A DNA stretch of 64,000 nt from Nitrosopumilus sp. (GCA_965214775.1 OZ243974.1:1216001-1280000), one strand, 5' to 3'; positions 10,396 to 21,570 are shown, numbered from the stretch's first letter. Made by a program: numbers and translations. Notes: generated by a model not told the origin, from the letters alone.

Positions 10396-10475
10396 TGGTT
10401 GCGGTACCCCCGGGAATCGAACCCGGACCTCTCGGATTTCAGGCGAGTGTACTACCATTATACTAGGGGCCCACA
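10396..10475 (-). tRNA. tRNA-like gene with GAA (Phe) anticodon and atypical acceptor stem
   Basis: D-arm TAGTATAATGGTAGTAC; anticodon arm CTCGC-CTGAAAT-CCGAG; T-arm CCGGG-TTCGATT-CCCGG; encoded CCA at 10398-10396. Confidence 0.65.
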
Positions 10476-10536
10476 AGGTTTAAAATGTAACATTCTCTAT
10501 AATCCTTGGGTTTCAGGCGAGTAGTGCTAGCGTTAT

Positions 10537-11601
10537 TCTATTGTACGAAAATTAGGTCGCACTAATTTGAGGAGGATTGCAGGGGATTACTTTAGGCTTT
10601 ACCGATCAAGAAAACCGATGGTTGTAAGGCTCGAGGCAAAGCAGATCAGATACGCAGTGACGCAGTGTGCAGGGGGACGAAAGCCCTCGGAGGTGGCCCC
10701 GGAGATAGGCGTCACGACAAGGCACGTCCAGCGGATGTATGCCCGGTTCAGGAAGACAGGCGACACGCACCACGTGCCGCTCAAGCCGGGAAGGAAAAAG
10801 AGCGCCCCGGTTCCCGACGGGGACGTGCGCGCAGTCCTGGAGGAGTACAAACACAGTGCAGCAGGGGTGGTTCATACGGCCAAGAGGCTGCGAAGGCAAC
10901 TCGATATAAGCTACTACGAGGTATACAGGATAATGAAAGAAAACGGGCTGGTGACGCCATCGGCTGCAAAATCAATGCCCAGAAAATACGTCCGTTTTGA
11001 GCGCAAATACTCCAATGCCATGTGGCACGTGGACTGGCATACCATGAAGGATCCGCGCTTTGCAGGGCTCAATTTGGTCACGTTCCTAGACGACTCGTCC
11101 AGGTGCGTGACTGGTGCGGGCCTGTTCAGGGAGGCCACCTCAGAAAACGTCGTGGCGGTCCTGCGGCAGGCCGTGGCCCAGTTCGGCGCGCCTGCCACCA
11201 TACTCTCAGACAACGGCAAGTGCTTTGTCGGGGCGCGCTCGGATCCGAAGAAGAAGAAGAGTCCGCCCAAGGGCGGATGGAGGCCCACTGCCTTTGAGGA
11301 GGAGCTGCTCAACTGCGAAATCGGGCTGATAAACTCCAGGCCGTATCACCCGCAGACCAATGGCAAACTGGAGAGATTCCACAGGAGCATCGAGGAGGAG
11401 ATATGGAACCACAAGAGTCTGTCTGCATACATCGACTACTATAACGAGGACAGGCTGCACTGGTCGCTTGACATCGACAACTACGAGACGCCGCTGCGGG
11501 CATTCTCCGACAGGGAGGCCACAGAAGCGATCAGGAAAAACAACCCAAGATGGATGGAGGAGGACATTGGTGATGGTGCGACATAATTTTCATATAATAC
11601 A
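10537..11601 (+). mobile_element. IS481-family element type A, copy 1; transposase 10618-11586
   Basis: 26-bp IRs TCTATTGTACGAAAATTAGGTCGCAC / TGTATTATATGAAAATTATGTCGCAC; rve motifs WHVD, DDSSR, SDNG, HPQTNGKLER; 17-bp TSD AGTAGTGCTAGCGTTAT. Confidence 0.95.
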
Positions 11602-11677
11602 AGTAGTGCTAGCGTTATACTAGCCTTTTTTTTAATTAAAAATAACAAGTTCTAGCTGGATCACCTATGATGGTTAG

Positions 11678-11836
11678 TCCCCGCCCGGTTTTTTCGGGCT
11701 TTAAAACAGCGCGGTTTTTTACGTCATGTCCGATGCAAAGGGATTGCTGCAGGAGCTGGCAATCGAGATGATACGGGAGATCAGGCTGCACGGCTCCCTC
11801 AGGAGGCCGCGGTTCCCGAGATACAGCAGGTTCCCC
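11678..11836 (+). mobile_element. 5' remnant of an unassigned repeated element; inverted homologue at about 28953-29062
   Basis: MSDAKGLLQELAIEMIREIR versus MSEARGLLQELTIEMIREIR, with shared upstream sequence. Confidence 0.5.
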
Positions 11837-12653
11837 GTACAACATCAGGTCCTTTTTATACTGACAAGCCAACTTTTTTCCAAGAACTTTTTGATCATTT
11901 CGCATCATCTGTTGTGACAGACTAGATACGCTGTTACTGACACATCCTTTGTACATGCAAGACTTACTGACGCCGTGCATACAACAGATTGGCATACGGC
12001 ACTTGCCATGCAGTCAGAAATTGCTACACTTGCAAGGCGTTGTCAATTGGCAGACTTGCCTACACGGTCAGATCTTCGGACATGAAGCTACGGGTTACGC
12101 CGTCCCGTAGGCGCCAGACGGATCATGTTGTTGTAGGAGCTGCTGCTACTGGTACGACGGCCGTCCGGTCCCGGCGTACCGCTCCCCTGCCTGCGTCATC
12201 ATCGGCGGCAGGCGGCCACACCGGCGGCGGCCCGGGACACTTAAAGACGCTGTATCTTGTACCGTCCGTATTGACAAGCGAGGACAGCAGGCGCATATCA
12301 TCATTATTATTATCATTATTATCGCCTGCTTCTGCAAAGACATCCCAGCCCGGATCCCGCAGGTATTCCAAGAGTCCACCGGCAGGATGTATGTTTTGCT
12401 TGCGGCATGTCATCGAGAACGTCAGCAGCGCAGAAGCCGTCTTTCTTTCACCGTCAGTTACGATCTTGTGGCGCGCATTGCGCTGCGGTATGATCCCGTC
12501 GCGTATGCACCGCTCCGTATCGTTGTTGTGCAGCGGCATTCCCCGATGCGCCAGACACGTAAACATGTTGGGCATGGCGTTTTGCATGTGTGTACGCACG
12601 TGATCGTCCTCATACGGGCTGATTATTTTGTATGCCTCCCTGGAAAGCTCCAT

Positions 12654-13718
12654 TCTATTGTACGAAAATTAGGTCGCACTAATTTGAGGAGGATTGCAGG
12701 GGATTACTTTAGGCTTTACCGATCAAGAAAACCGATGGTTGTAAGGCTCGAGGCAAAGCAGATCAGATACGCAGTGACGCAGTGTGCAGGGGGACGAAAG
12801 CCCTCGGAGGTGGCCCCGGAGATAGGCGTCACGACAAGGCACGTCCAGCGGATGTATGCCCGGTTCAGGAAGACAGGCGACACGCACCACGTGCCGCTCA
12901 AGCCGGGAAGGAAAAAGAGCGCCCCGGTTCCCGACGGGGACGTGCGCGCAGTCCTGGAGGAGTACAAACACAGTGCAGCAGGGGTGGTTCATACGGCCAA
13001 GAGGCTGCGAAGGCAACTCGATATAAGCTACTACGAGGTATACAGGATAATGAAAGAAAACGGGCTGGTGACGCCATCGGCTGCAAAATCAATGCCCAGA
13101 AAATACGTCCGTTTTGAGCGCAAATACTCCAATGCCATGTGGCACGTGGACTGGCATACCATGAAGGATCCGCGCTTTGCAGGGCTCAATTTGGTCACGT
13201 TCCTAGACGACTCGTCCAGGTGCGTGACTGGTGCGGGCCTGTTCAGGGAGGCCACCTCAGAAAACGTCGTGGCGGTCCTGCGGCAGGCCGTGGCCCAGTT
13301 CGGCGCGCCTGCCACCATACTCTCAGACAACGGCAAGTGCTTTGTCGGGGCGCGCTCGGATCCGAAGAAGAAGAAGAGTCCGCCCAAGGGCGGATGGAGG
13401 CCCACTGCCTTTGAGGAGGAGCTGCTCAACTGCGAAATCGGGCTGATAAACTCCAGGCCGTATCACCCGCAGACCAATGGCAAACTGGAGAGATTCCACA
13501 GGAGCATCGAGGAGGAGATATGGAACCACAAGAGTCTGTCTGCATACATCGATTACTATAACGAGGACAGGCTGCACTGGTCGCTTGACATCGACAACTA
13601 CGAGACGCCGCTGCGGGCATTCTCCGACAGGGAGGCCACAGAAGCGATCAGGAAAAACAACCCAAGATGGATGGAGGAGGACATTGGTGATGGTGCGACA
13701 TAATTTTCATATAATACA
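12654..13718 (+). mobile_element. IS481 type A, copy 2; transposase 12735-13703; left arm of the composite unit
   Basis: Nearly identical to copy 1; left flank CCTGGAAAGCTCCAT recurs at 22727-22741. Confidence 0.95.
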
Positions 13719-13897
13719 CGCCTATGGTATCCCTACAATTATTTTTGTACGAGGCCCCCCTCGCCGGACGCGCTAATCCCCAACCACACCAAGAATGCAG
13801 ACGAGTTTGGCAGGCTACACGGCAACGCCAGAGGGGCTAGCGCCAATGGGCGGCCTGAGATTGCCTGAACACACGATTTGTAAAGCCTAGAAATTTT

Positions 13898-15388
13898 TCA
13901 CACCAGCAGCAAGAACAGGGAAGCAGGGATTAAAACCGCCTCGTTTTTCACCCGAAGATCATTTTTGGTTATGATGATTCCTCTTTTTGTCTTGGTTGCC
14001 TTTTTAAAATCAATCAGGCCGCCAAAATCGTCTTTTTTTATGTTATTTTGATACTTTACTTCAATTGGGATTAGCGAATCGCCATCCCTCACTACAAAAT
14101 CTACCTCTCGTTTATCCTTACTTTTCCAATAAAACACCGAAGACTGGTAATCAAATCCCGTCTTTTTTCTAGCCATGTTAAATGCCATTCGGATGCAGTG
14201 GTCTGCTACCGTCTGCTCGACCAGAGGGCCTTTGAATTCTGCGTTATCTAATAGTTTTATGCTATATTCATAGGGGCTCTTTTGAGAGATGTGGCCGTTC
14301 AAAGCGTGAAAAAAGAAGGGATCCTGAAAGAATATTTTCTTTAAACCGTCAAATTTTGGCTTGTCCTCACTGGAATTATACCTATAAAAAACTGAGAGGA
14401 CAAACATGTCCGACAGGGTTTTTACATATTCCTCGACTGTGTGGTGGCTGCCAATATCGGAGTTTTTCTTTAGCGAGTCCCACGATACAGGATTGCTGAT
14501 AGACTTTATTACGTTTGGGATCAGTTGAACCATATACGACGCATCTTTGTCTGCACGACGCAAATCCCCAATTGCAGAATCAACATAAATCTGATAAACA
14601 GAATCTTGAACGAACCCATTTTTTAAAAATTCGTTGATTGCTGTCGGAACACCTCCGGTAATCAAATAATCGTCAAGGCATCTATCCAGTTCATTTTGGA
14701 AAGCAGACATTTCAAGCAATGCATCGTCCGTCCTTCCATCTGCCAACCCCCTAATCGCGGAGAAGCGATTTTTTGCAAGAGTCAAGGATCTGTCCGAAAT
14801 TTCCTTGGCTAAGCTTTTATCGATGGTTGGGATATATTCGCCAAACTTCATGGGGAGCATAATCTTATCCAGAGTTTCGTTTGTCGGAATCCCCCTTCTT
14901 CCTGGTAACAGCTCCGTGGCATGTCTTAGATCGATAGAATGAGAGCCGGTTGCTAGGACGGTGCAATTTTTTAATTTTCCCTGATCCTTTAGTTTTTTTA
15001 TTGCCTTGTGCCAGTCTTTTACGTTTGAAATCTCGTCAAGGTAGATGAAACGGCGTTTCTTCTCGTCATGTTTTGCCCTATTCAAATACTCGTTTATTAC
15101 ACTAATAACATCTCGGGGACTGTTTTCAAGCTCGAATGAATAATACACCACATTCCATTTTGGCACCATTTGTAACACCCGTTGAATCTCAAGCTTGGCC
15201 AAGGTAGTCTTGCCTACCTGTCTGGGCCCTTTCAGGGAATATACAAAATCTTCATCTTGAAGGGTCTTTCTGATTCTGGGATCCCATCTCAGGCTGGATT
15301 GTTTCCAAGCAATTATGTGAGGATCCTTTTCTATCGCAGTTTCGTCCTTCCACCAAGGGTTGTATTCCAAAAGCTCACTGGCATACAT
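13898..15388 (-). CDS. AAA+ ATPase (AAA_14 with DUF4143-type C-terminus)
   Basis: Walker A GPRQVGKTT, Walker B YLDEI, ATGS, YLITGGVP, REVDFV...PIEVK. Confidence 0.9.
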   Translation of the reverse strand: MYASELLEYNPWWKDETAIEKDPHIIAWKQSSLRWDPRIRKTLQDEDFVYSLKGPRQVGKTTLAKLEIQRVLQMVPKWNVVYYSFELENSPRDVISVINEYLNRAKHDEKKRRFIYLDEISNVKDWHKAIKKLKDQGKLKNCTVLATGSHSIDLRHATELLPGRRGIPTNETLDKIMLPMKFGEYIPTIDKSLAKEISDRSLTLAKNRFSAIRGLADGRTDDALLEMSAFQNELDRCLDDYLITGGVPTAINEFLKNGFVQDSVYQIYVDSAIGDLRRADKDASYMVQLIPNVIKSISNPVSWDSLKKNSDIGSHHTVEEYVKTLSDMFVLSVFYRYNSSEDKPKFDGLKKIFFQDPFFFHALNGHISQKSPYEYSIKLLDNAEFKGPLVEQTVADHCIRMAFNMARKKTGFDYQSSVFYWKSKDKREVDFVVRDGDSLIPIEVKYQNNIKKDDFGGLIDFKKATKTKRGIIITKNDLRVKNEAVLIPASLFLLLV

Positions 15389-15396
15389 GCATTATG

Positions 15397-15471
15397 GACT
15401 GCCAGACTCTTTATAAATAAAACCAATTTGACTGCCAGACTCTTTATAAATAAAACCAATTTGACTGCCAG
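15397..15471 (-). promoter_or_regulatory. 33-bp tandem duplication (about 2.3 copies) containing a TATA box upstream of the ATPase
   Basis: GACTGCCAGACTCTTTATAAATAAAACCAATTT repeated; TTTATAAA lies 22-29 bp upstream of the ATG at 15388. Confidence 0.6.
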
Positions 15472-15601
15472 GTTCTGTGTAAGATTGGTGACCTAGAATG
15501 TGGATCTTCTCTGAATTGAGATTTTATTTTATGCCTAAACCGAATGCTTGCTTAGCGAGGCATTCTGGATGATGGTCTTCCACTTGTTGATGCCGTCTAC
15601 G

Positions 15602-16158
15602 GGGGTTGTCGCCTAATTCATCAGAATTTCTGAAAATCATACGATGTTATCCTGACTAGGCGCGCAAAAATGTCGGAGATTCAGAAAAACGTGCGGATTG
15701 AGTCCGGAGAGGTGATCCGAAATTAGAAATCGAGCGCCCCGTTCGCAGTTGTTCTGTTGCCGCCACTCATTAGGCCGCTCTATTGTACGAAAATTAGGTC
15801 GCACTAATTTGAGGAGGATTGCAAAGGATTACTTTAGGCTTTACCGATCAAGAAAACCGATGGTTGTAAGGCTCGAGGCAAAGCAGATCAGATACGCAGT
15901 GACGCAGTGTGCCAAGGGACAAAGGCCCTCGGAGGTGGCCCCGGAGACAGGCGTCACGACAAGGCACGTCCAACGGATGTACGCCAGGTTCAGGAAGGCA
16001 GGCTGTATGCACCACGTGCATCTCAAGCCTGGAAGGAGGAGCGCCCCGGTTCCCGACGGGGCAGTGCGCGCCGTCCCGGGGGAGCACGGGCTGGTGACGC
16101 CGTCGCCTGCAAAATCCAGACCCCGAAAATACGTCCGATTTGAGCGCAGGTACTCCGA
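15602..16158 (+). mobile_element. Stack of remnants: partial MITE (15602-15705), IS5 end (about 15708-15778), internally deleted IS481-A variant (15779-16158)
   Basis: Each piece matches a fuller copy elsewhere in the window (26653, 49296, 10537). Confidence 0.8.
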
Positions 16159-17573
16159 CAGTCTTCCCAGAAGTAACCGACTCGTGGCTGTATTATATGA
16201 AAATTATGTCGCACCATCACCAATGTCCTCCTCCATCCATCTTGGGTTGCTTTTCCTGATCGCTTCTGTGGCCTCCCTGTCGGAGAATGCCCGCAGCGGC
16301 GTCTCGTAGTTGTCGATGTCAAGCGACCAGTGCAGCCTGTCCTCGTTATAGTAGTCGATGTATGCAGACAGACTCTTGTGGTTCCATATCTCCTCCTCGA
16401 TGCTCCTGTGGAATCTCTCCAGTTTGCCATTGGTCTGCGGGTGATACGGCCTGGAGTTTATCAGCCCGATTTCGCAGTTGAGCAGCTCCTCCTCAAAGGC
16501 AGTGGGCCTCCATCCGCCCTTGGGCGGACTCTTCTTCTTCTTCGGATCCGAGCGCGCCCCGACAAAGCACTTGCCGTTGTCTGAGAGTATGGTGGCAGGC
16601 GCGCCGAACTGGGCCACGGCCTGCCGCAGGACCGCCACGACGTTTTCTGAGGTGGCCTCCCTGAACAGGCCCGCACCAGTCACGCACCTGGACGAGTCGT
16701 CTAGGAACGTGACCAAATTGAGCCCTGCAAAGCGCGGATCCTTCATGGTATGCCAGTCCACGTGCCACATGGCATTGGAGTATTTGCGCTCAAAACGGAC
16801 GTATTTTCTGGGCATTGATTTTGCAGCCGATGGCGTCACCAGCCCGTTTTCTTTCATTATCCTGTATACCTCGTAGTAGCTTATATCGAGTTGCCTTCGC
16901 AGCCTCTTGGCCGTATGAACCACCCCTGCTGCACTGTGTTTGTACTCCTCCAGGACTGCGCGCACGTCCCCGTCGGGAACCGGGGCGCTCTTTTTCCTTC
17001 CCGGCTTGAGCGGCACGTGGTGCGTGTCGCCTGTCTTCCTGAACCGGGCATACATCCGCTGGACGTGCCTTGTCGTGACGCCTATCTCCGGGGCCACCTC
17101 CGAGGGCTTTCGTCCCCCTGCACACTGCGTCACTGCGTATCTGATCTGCTTTGCCTCGAGCCTTACAACCATCGGTTTTCTTGATCGGTAAAGCCTAAAG
17201 TAATCCCCTGCAATCCTCCTCAAATTAGTGCGACCTAATTTTCGTACAATAGAGTAACCGACTCGTGGCGGCGCAGGAGGTGGCAAGCGGGTATGCAGGC
17301 AGCCTCGTTTGAATTGCTTCGAGCCTGGGATAATTTGATGTGGTACTTTTGGGAAGACTGTGTATCAGTCTTCCCAGAAGTAACCCGGAAAACGGCCCCG
17401 GATTTGAAACAAATCAAATTATGATGCCTGCAGATTTGCCCGCCGTCATCTGCAGTCATGAATCACGTGCTTCTGGGAAGACTGTGGATGGAGAATGATT
17501 ACTAATGAGGGGCGGAACTAATTTCCATATGAAACATCGTTTGAAGCCGTTTTGTGGACTACTGGGAAGACTG
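16159..17573. mobile_element. Cluster of MITEs with IR CAGTCTTCCCAGAAGT (16159-17360 interrupted by IS481; 17366-17483; lone end near 17573)
   Basis: Repeated IR pairs; a related end lies near 41480-41543; CAG termini resemble the ISH3 ends in this window. Confidence 0.7.
16189..17253 (-). mobile_element. IS481 type A, copy 3; transposase 16204-17172
   Basis: Same IRs as copy 1; 16-bp TSD GTAACCGACTCGTGGC. Confidence 0.95.
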
Positions 17574-17636
17574 AATGCAGTGTCCTAACTCCGAAGCTGG
17601 CTAAACCGTTATTTGACTGGCGGGTAAGGATAACAC

Positions 17637-20033
17637 ATGCTTGGCCTCGGATACCTCGCTCTTCACACGGGACGCCTGTCAGGGCACGGGCCGCTCCTCC
17701 TGCTTGTTGCAATACTGGTGCTTTCTGCATATACACACCTGTGGAACCCGGCGGGATTTCCGCCGTGGCACGGAGATGAGCCGATCTACATAGATCGTGC
17801 CTTGGATGCCATGGATCACAAGATATTGTCAGACAAGCACGACCACCCGTTCCTTGGCTGGACGATACTGGCCGGATTCTTTCATGTCATCGGATACCCC
17901 GACTCTGTTGCAACGCCGGAGGATGCGTCCTTGCTCGGGATGCTTTACGGGGCCCCGCGCATCCTCATGGGCCTGCTTGCGGTCCTGGACACCTTTCTGG
18001 TATACAAGATAACGGAGGGGTGGTTCGGGCGCAGAGCCGCACCGATTGCGGCGGTTCTGTTTGCGGCAATGCCCGTATCGCTGACGCTCAGGCTGGTTCT
18101 GCTGGACTCGATCCTTCTCCCGTTCGTCCTGTCCTCCGTTCTGCTTGCCATGTATGCACGCGGCCCGTCCAAGGGAGTGCCGCCGCCGCAAGCCCCGGAC
18201 AAGACCCGCATGCTGATCCTCCTGTCGGGCGTCTGCATGGGATGCGCCTTGCTTGTCAAGATCCCCTCGCTTGTCATGATCCCGCTGGTCCTCGTCTTGG
18301 TCTGGTCTGCCGGCAGGAGGCCGGGGCGGATGCTGCTGTGGCTTGTACCCGTGATCCTGATTGCGGCAGCATGGCCGGCGTCTGCTGCGCTGACAGGCGA
18401 TTTTGACGGGTGGGTAAACGGCGTCCTGTGGCAGACCGACAGGGACGGTCAATACCTGCTGGATGCGCTGCAGCGACACACGCAGGTGGCCTTGGTGCAG
18501 GGCCAGGATCCCGACATACTGACCCATCCTGCGATCATGCTGTGGGCAGCGATAAAGATGCTCGTGATGGATCCTGTCATGGTGTCGCTGGGTACGGCAG
18601 GACTCGCCTTTGCGCTGGTCGTCATGCGCAACAGGTTTCTGCTGCTGTGGGCCGTACCCGTCCTGCTGTTCTTCGGATCAATTGGATACGTGGGGTGGTC
18701 CCACCTGGGTATGCTGTGGACTGCCATGTGCGTTGCCGCCGCCGTACTGATCGGCGTCGGAATAGAAAGGGTATCTGCGGGACGGTTGGGCCCGGGGGGA
18801 AGGCGCACGCTGCTGCTGGTGGCCGTACTAGTGATCGCGGCACTAGGCCTGTCCACGTCGGGCGTGCTGGTACACTGGGACGTGACGTCTGCGTACCCTG
18901 AGGCGGCATCCTTTGTGCTGCAAAACTATGCGGACTCTGAGGCGGGAATAATCATGCTGCAGTTTCGGGAGTCGTGGCTGCCGCACGACGACAAACTTAC
19001 CGACTCCGGCATTGTTGTATATGATTTGTGGGGCACGCATGCCATGCAACCGCAAAAAACCAAAAAGATCGTAATAATAGACTATGTCGACAGAAACGAC
19101 CGGAATCGGAACCTGCTGGCGGCCAGTCACGGCGGCGACAGTGCGACGGCGTCTCTAGTAACGGATTGGCTGCGGCGGTATCTGGAGATATACGACGGTA
19201 GCAGCAGGGTGGCCGAGTTTGAGATCGCCCCAAAACCGGACACGCTGATACCATCAATGGTCCACCCGCGAGTCGACCGCAGCGTGGAGGTGACGGAGTG
19301 GAACCCTCCCTGGTGGGCCGCCATGCCCACGTACGGGCCCTCCGGCCAGGCCCTCCGCCTTGACGGCACCGCATACGTCACGCTTGCCGTCCCGCCGGGC
19401 CTCGATCTAGGCGGGGACGATCCGTTCAGCATCGCCTTCTGGATCAAAATGCCCGGCCCCGGAGAGCCGGGCTCGTCGATCATATCAAAGGCCGACGCGG
19501 ACATGCACCAAGGCACCACCGTGTGGAGCCGCCCCGGCGGCGGGATCTCTCTCCGAATAGCCGACGACGCGCAAGGCCAGATTGCCGTCGACACGTTCTC
19601 CGGCGTGGCCGACGGCCGCTGGCACCACGTCGTGTTCACCTATGACGGCCCCAGGGACAGGAGCAGACTCGACGTGTACGTGGACGGACGGATCGACAAC
19701 CGGGGCCAGCGCGGCACGTCACTGTCAGGATCCGCCGCAAACGACCATCTGCTTGCGATAGGCGCCGGCAGCACAGGCAGGGGGCCTGCGCAGGATACCG
19801 CACTGGATGGCATCATGATATACTCGGCACGGCTTCCTGCCGGCTACATATCCGGCGTTCATGAGTGCCACGTGGAGATGGCCACCGTACCGGCCGCCGG
19901 AGGAGCCGGCGATCATGCGTGCATGGGAGACTATGATGGGGCGCTCTTGGTGCACCTGGAGTTCGAGGGAGACCTGTCGGACTCCTCGGGCGGGGGAGGC
20001 GGCACGGCGCACGGGAGTGTCAGGTATACATAG
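17637..20033 (+). CDS. GT-C (ArnT/PMT-like) membrane glycosyltransferase fused to a C-terminal LamG domain
   Basis: GDEPIY...DHPFLG, many TM segments, LLVKIP; FSIAFW...WHHVVFTYDG. Confidence 0.85.
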   Translation: MLGLGYLALHTGRLSGHGPLLLLVAILVLSAYTHLWNPAGFPPWHGDEPIYIDRALDAMDHKILSDKHDHPFLGWTILAGFFHVIGYPDSVATPEDASLLGMLYGAPRILMGLLAVLDTFLVYKITEGWFGRRAAPIAAVLFAAMPVSLTLRLVLLDSILLPFVLSSVLLAMYARGPSKGVPPPQAPDKTRMLILLSGVCMGCALLVKIPSLVMIPLVLVLVWSAGRRPGRMLLWLVPVILIAAAWPASAALTGDFDGWVNGVLWQTDRDGQYLLDALQRHTQVALVQGQDPDILTHPAIMLWAAIKMLVMDPVMVSLGTAGLAFALVVMRNRFLLLWAVPVLLFFGSIGYVGWSHLGMLWTAMCVAAAVLIGVGIERVSAGRLGPGGRRTLLLVAVLVIAALGLSTSGVLVHWDVTSAYPEAASFVLQNYADSEAGIIMLQFRESWLPHDDKLTDSGIVVYDLWGTHAMQPQKTKKIVIIDYVDRNDRNRNLLAASHGGDSATASLVTDWLRRYLEIYDGSSRVAEFEIAPKPDTLIPSMVHPRVDRSVEVTEWNPPWWAAMPTYGPSGQALRLDGTAYVTLAVPPGLDLGGDDPFSIAFWIKMPGPGEPGSSIISKADADMHQGTTVWSRPGGGISLRIADDAQGQIAVDTFSGVADGRWHHVVFTYDGPRDRSRLDVYVDGRIDNRGQRGTSLSGSAANDHLLAIGAGSTGRGPAQDTALDGIMIYSARLPAGYISGVHECHVEMATVPAAGGAGDHACMGDYDGALLVHLEFEGDLSDSSGGGGGTAHGSVRYT

Positions 20034-20208
20034 ACATTTATGTTAAAAACACCCGCTCAGAGCGGCGGCGCTTCAAGTTTCTTTTGATCCGTGCCTGTTT
20101 GGCCGCCGTATGATTTGGCTAACACTGCTTGGGGTGGTACGCACACCACTACGGCGGTCACATCATCACATCCTAATGCGGATCATTATTGGGTGGGTGG
20201 GGGCACAG

Positions 20209-20345
20209 AGAGTTGATTCGAAATTAGCAAACTCTGATTATTTGTCAACGAATTTGTATAGAACGGCTCAAAACACCAACAAAATACAAACTATCTGTGC
20301 AATTACATGAAAAATTCACACTGTTTCTAATTTCGGATCATCTCT
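20209..20345. mobile_element. MITE derived from the IS5 (ISL2-like) element
   Basis: IR AGAGTTGATTCGAAATTAG / CTAATTTCGGATCATCTCT; CAG TSD. Confidence 0.88.
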
Positions 20346-21570
20346 CAGGTGCATCTTCCCGGCTCCGGTCAGTCAGGATGATCTTGGGGGGGGGGGGTGA
20401 TGGTGGTGATGGTGGTGATGGTGGTGGTGGGGCCGAGTCGGGGATGCGCTGCGCACGGACGCCGCTTGCCTGGCAGTCCAGACTCACATTGCTGCACAGG
20501 CTCCTCATGTACCGATCCAGCTGTCTGCCTGACCGATCAATTGACAGTCTTTTGAGGTAGTGCAGTCGTCCTTGCATGGCAACGCGCCTCCGGAGGACGT
20601 CGTCGTCCCTCAGCTGCAAGATGCACCGGGCCAGCTCCTCAGGCGAGTCGGACTGCACCAGCATGCAGTTCTCCTTGTCGACCAGGCCGGCCTCGCGCGT
20701 CGTGGGCGTGCTTAACGTAATCAAGGGCTTGGCCGATGACAGGGCCTGGTTAATCTTGTTGGGCATGGATCCCTTCATCTTGTCGTTTATCTGGAACAGT
20801 CCGAGGCACACGTCGCTACCCTGTATGCATTCTAGCAGCGGTGACGACGTCAAGAGTCCTAAGAATCTCATGTTGGACAGGCGGTTTTGCTTGGCGTACT
20901 GTCTGATTTCGTCCTCGCCTTGGCCGCTGCCACAGAAGACAAACGTTATGTCCTTTTCATCGGACAGCTGCTTGGCGGCCTTTGCTATGGCCTCTACGCC
21001 AGACATGGGAATGAACGTCCCAAAATACAGCACGACGAACTCGTCCGTCCTCTCCTTGAACGGAAGCGGCGCAAAAAGCGGCTCGTATGCAGCAGGCCAG
21101 AGCCGGCGAAACTTTTCCCTAGGCAGGCCATATTCCCTGACAAAGAATTCGATCTGAAAGGTGCTTTCCATCACTACCAGATCCGCCCACCTGCAGGCGG
21201 TTTTTTCTGCAAAGCGGACGAATTTTGCCCTCAGCGAGTTTTTGTGGATTTTTTTGCGGTAGGTCACTAGCGTCTCGTAGATCAACAGCGTAGGAAAATA
21301 CACGATCGGCTTTTTGTGGATCAGCTTGGCAAGCGGGAGCGTGACTATTCCCTTCCACGGGATTATCATCACATCATAGTCGATTCTCCTGTGCTTTAGG
21401 AACAGCCGAATATACACTCCAATGACCTGGCCGTAGGAATCGCAGTGCTCATGACACTCCGCCGTTTCATGTCCCTGCGACTCGCAGATTGCCTTTAGCA
21501 GCTCTCCACTATTGTTCGACGGAATACCGTTAGCCGATCTAACATAGGAGCCAAAGAGACACACCCTCAA
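20338..21570 (-). CDS. GT4-family glycosyltransferase; C-terminus runs through a Pro-rich microsatellite into a MITE
   Basis: VLYFGTFIPMSGVE...SDVCLGLF...PNKINQALSSAKPLIT. Confidence 0.85.
   Translation of the reverse strand: MRVCLFGSYVRSANGIPSNNSGELLKAICESQGHETAECHEHCDSYGQVIGVYIRLFLKHRRIDYDVMIIPWKGIVTLPLAKLIHKKPIVYFPTLLIYETLVTYRKKIHKNSLRAKFVRFAEKTACRWADLVVMESTFQIEFFVREYGLPREKFRRLWPAAYEPLFAPLPFKERTDEFVVLYFGTFIPMSGVEAIAKAAKQLSDEKDITFVFCGSGQGEDEIRQYAKQNRLSNMRFLGLLTSSPLLECIQGSDVCLGLFQINDKMKGSMPNKINQALSSAKPLITLSTPTTREAGLVDKENCMLVQSDSPEELARCILQLRDDDVLRRRVAMQGRLHYLKRLSIDRSGRQLDRYMRSLCSNVSLDCQASGVRAQRIPDSAPPPPSPPSPPSPPPPKIILTDRSREDAPER

Noticed and set aside
12387-12734. N-terminally extended IS481 transposases (ORFs from 12387, 17286, 21570, 34702)
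   Set aside because: The extensions cross the IS ends into flanking DNA; true starts lie inside the elements.
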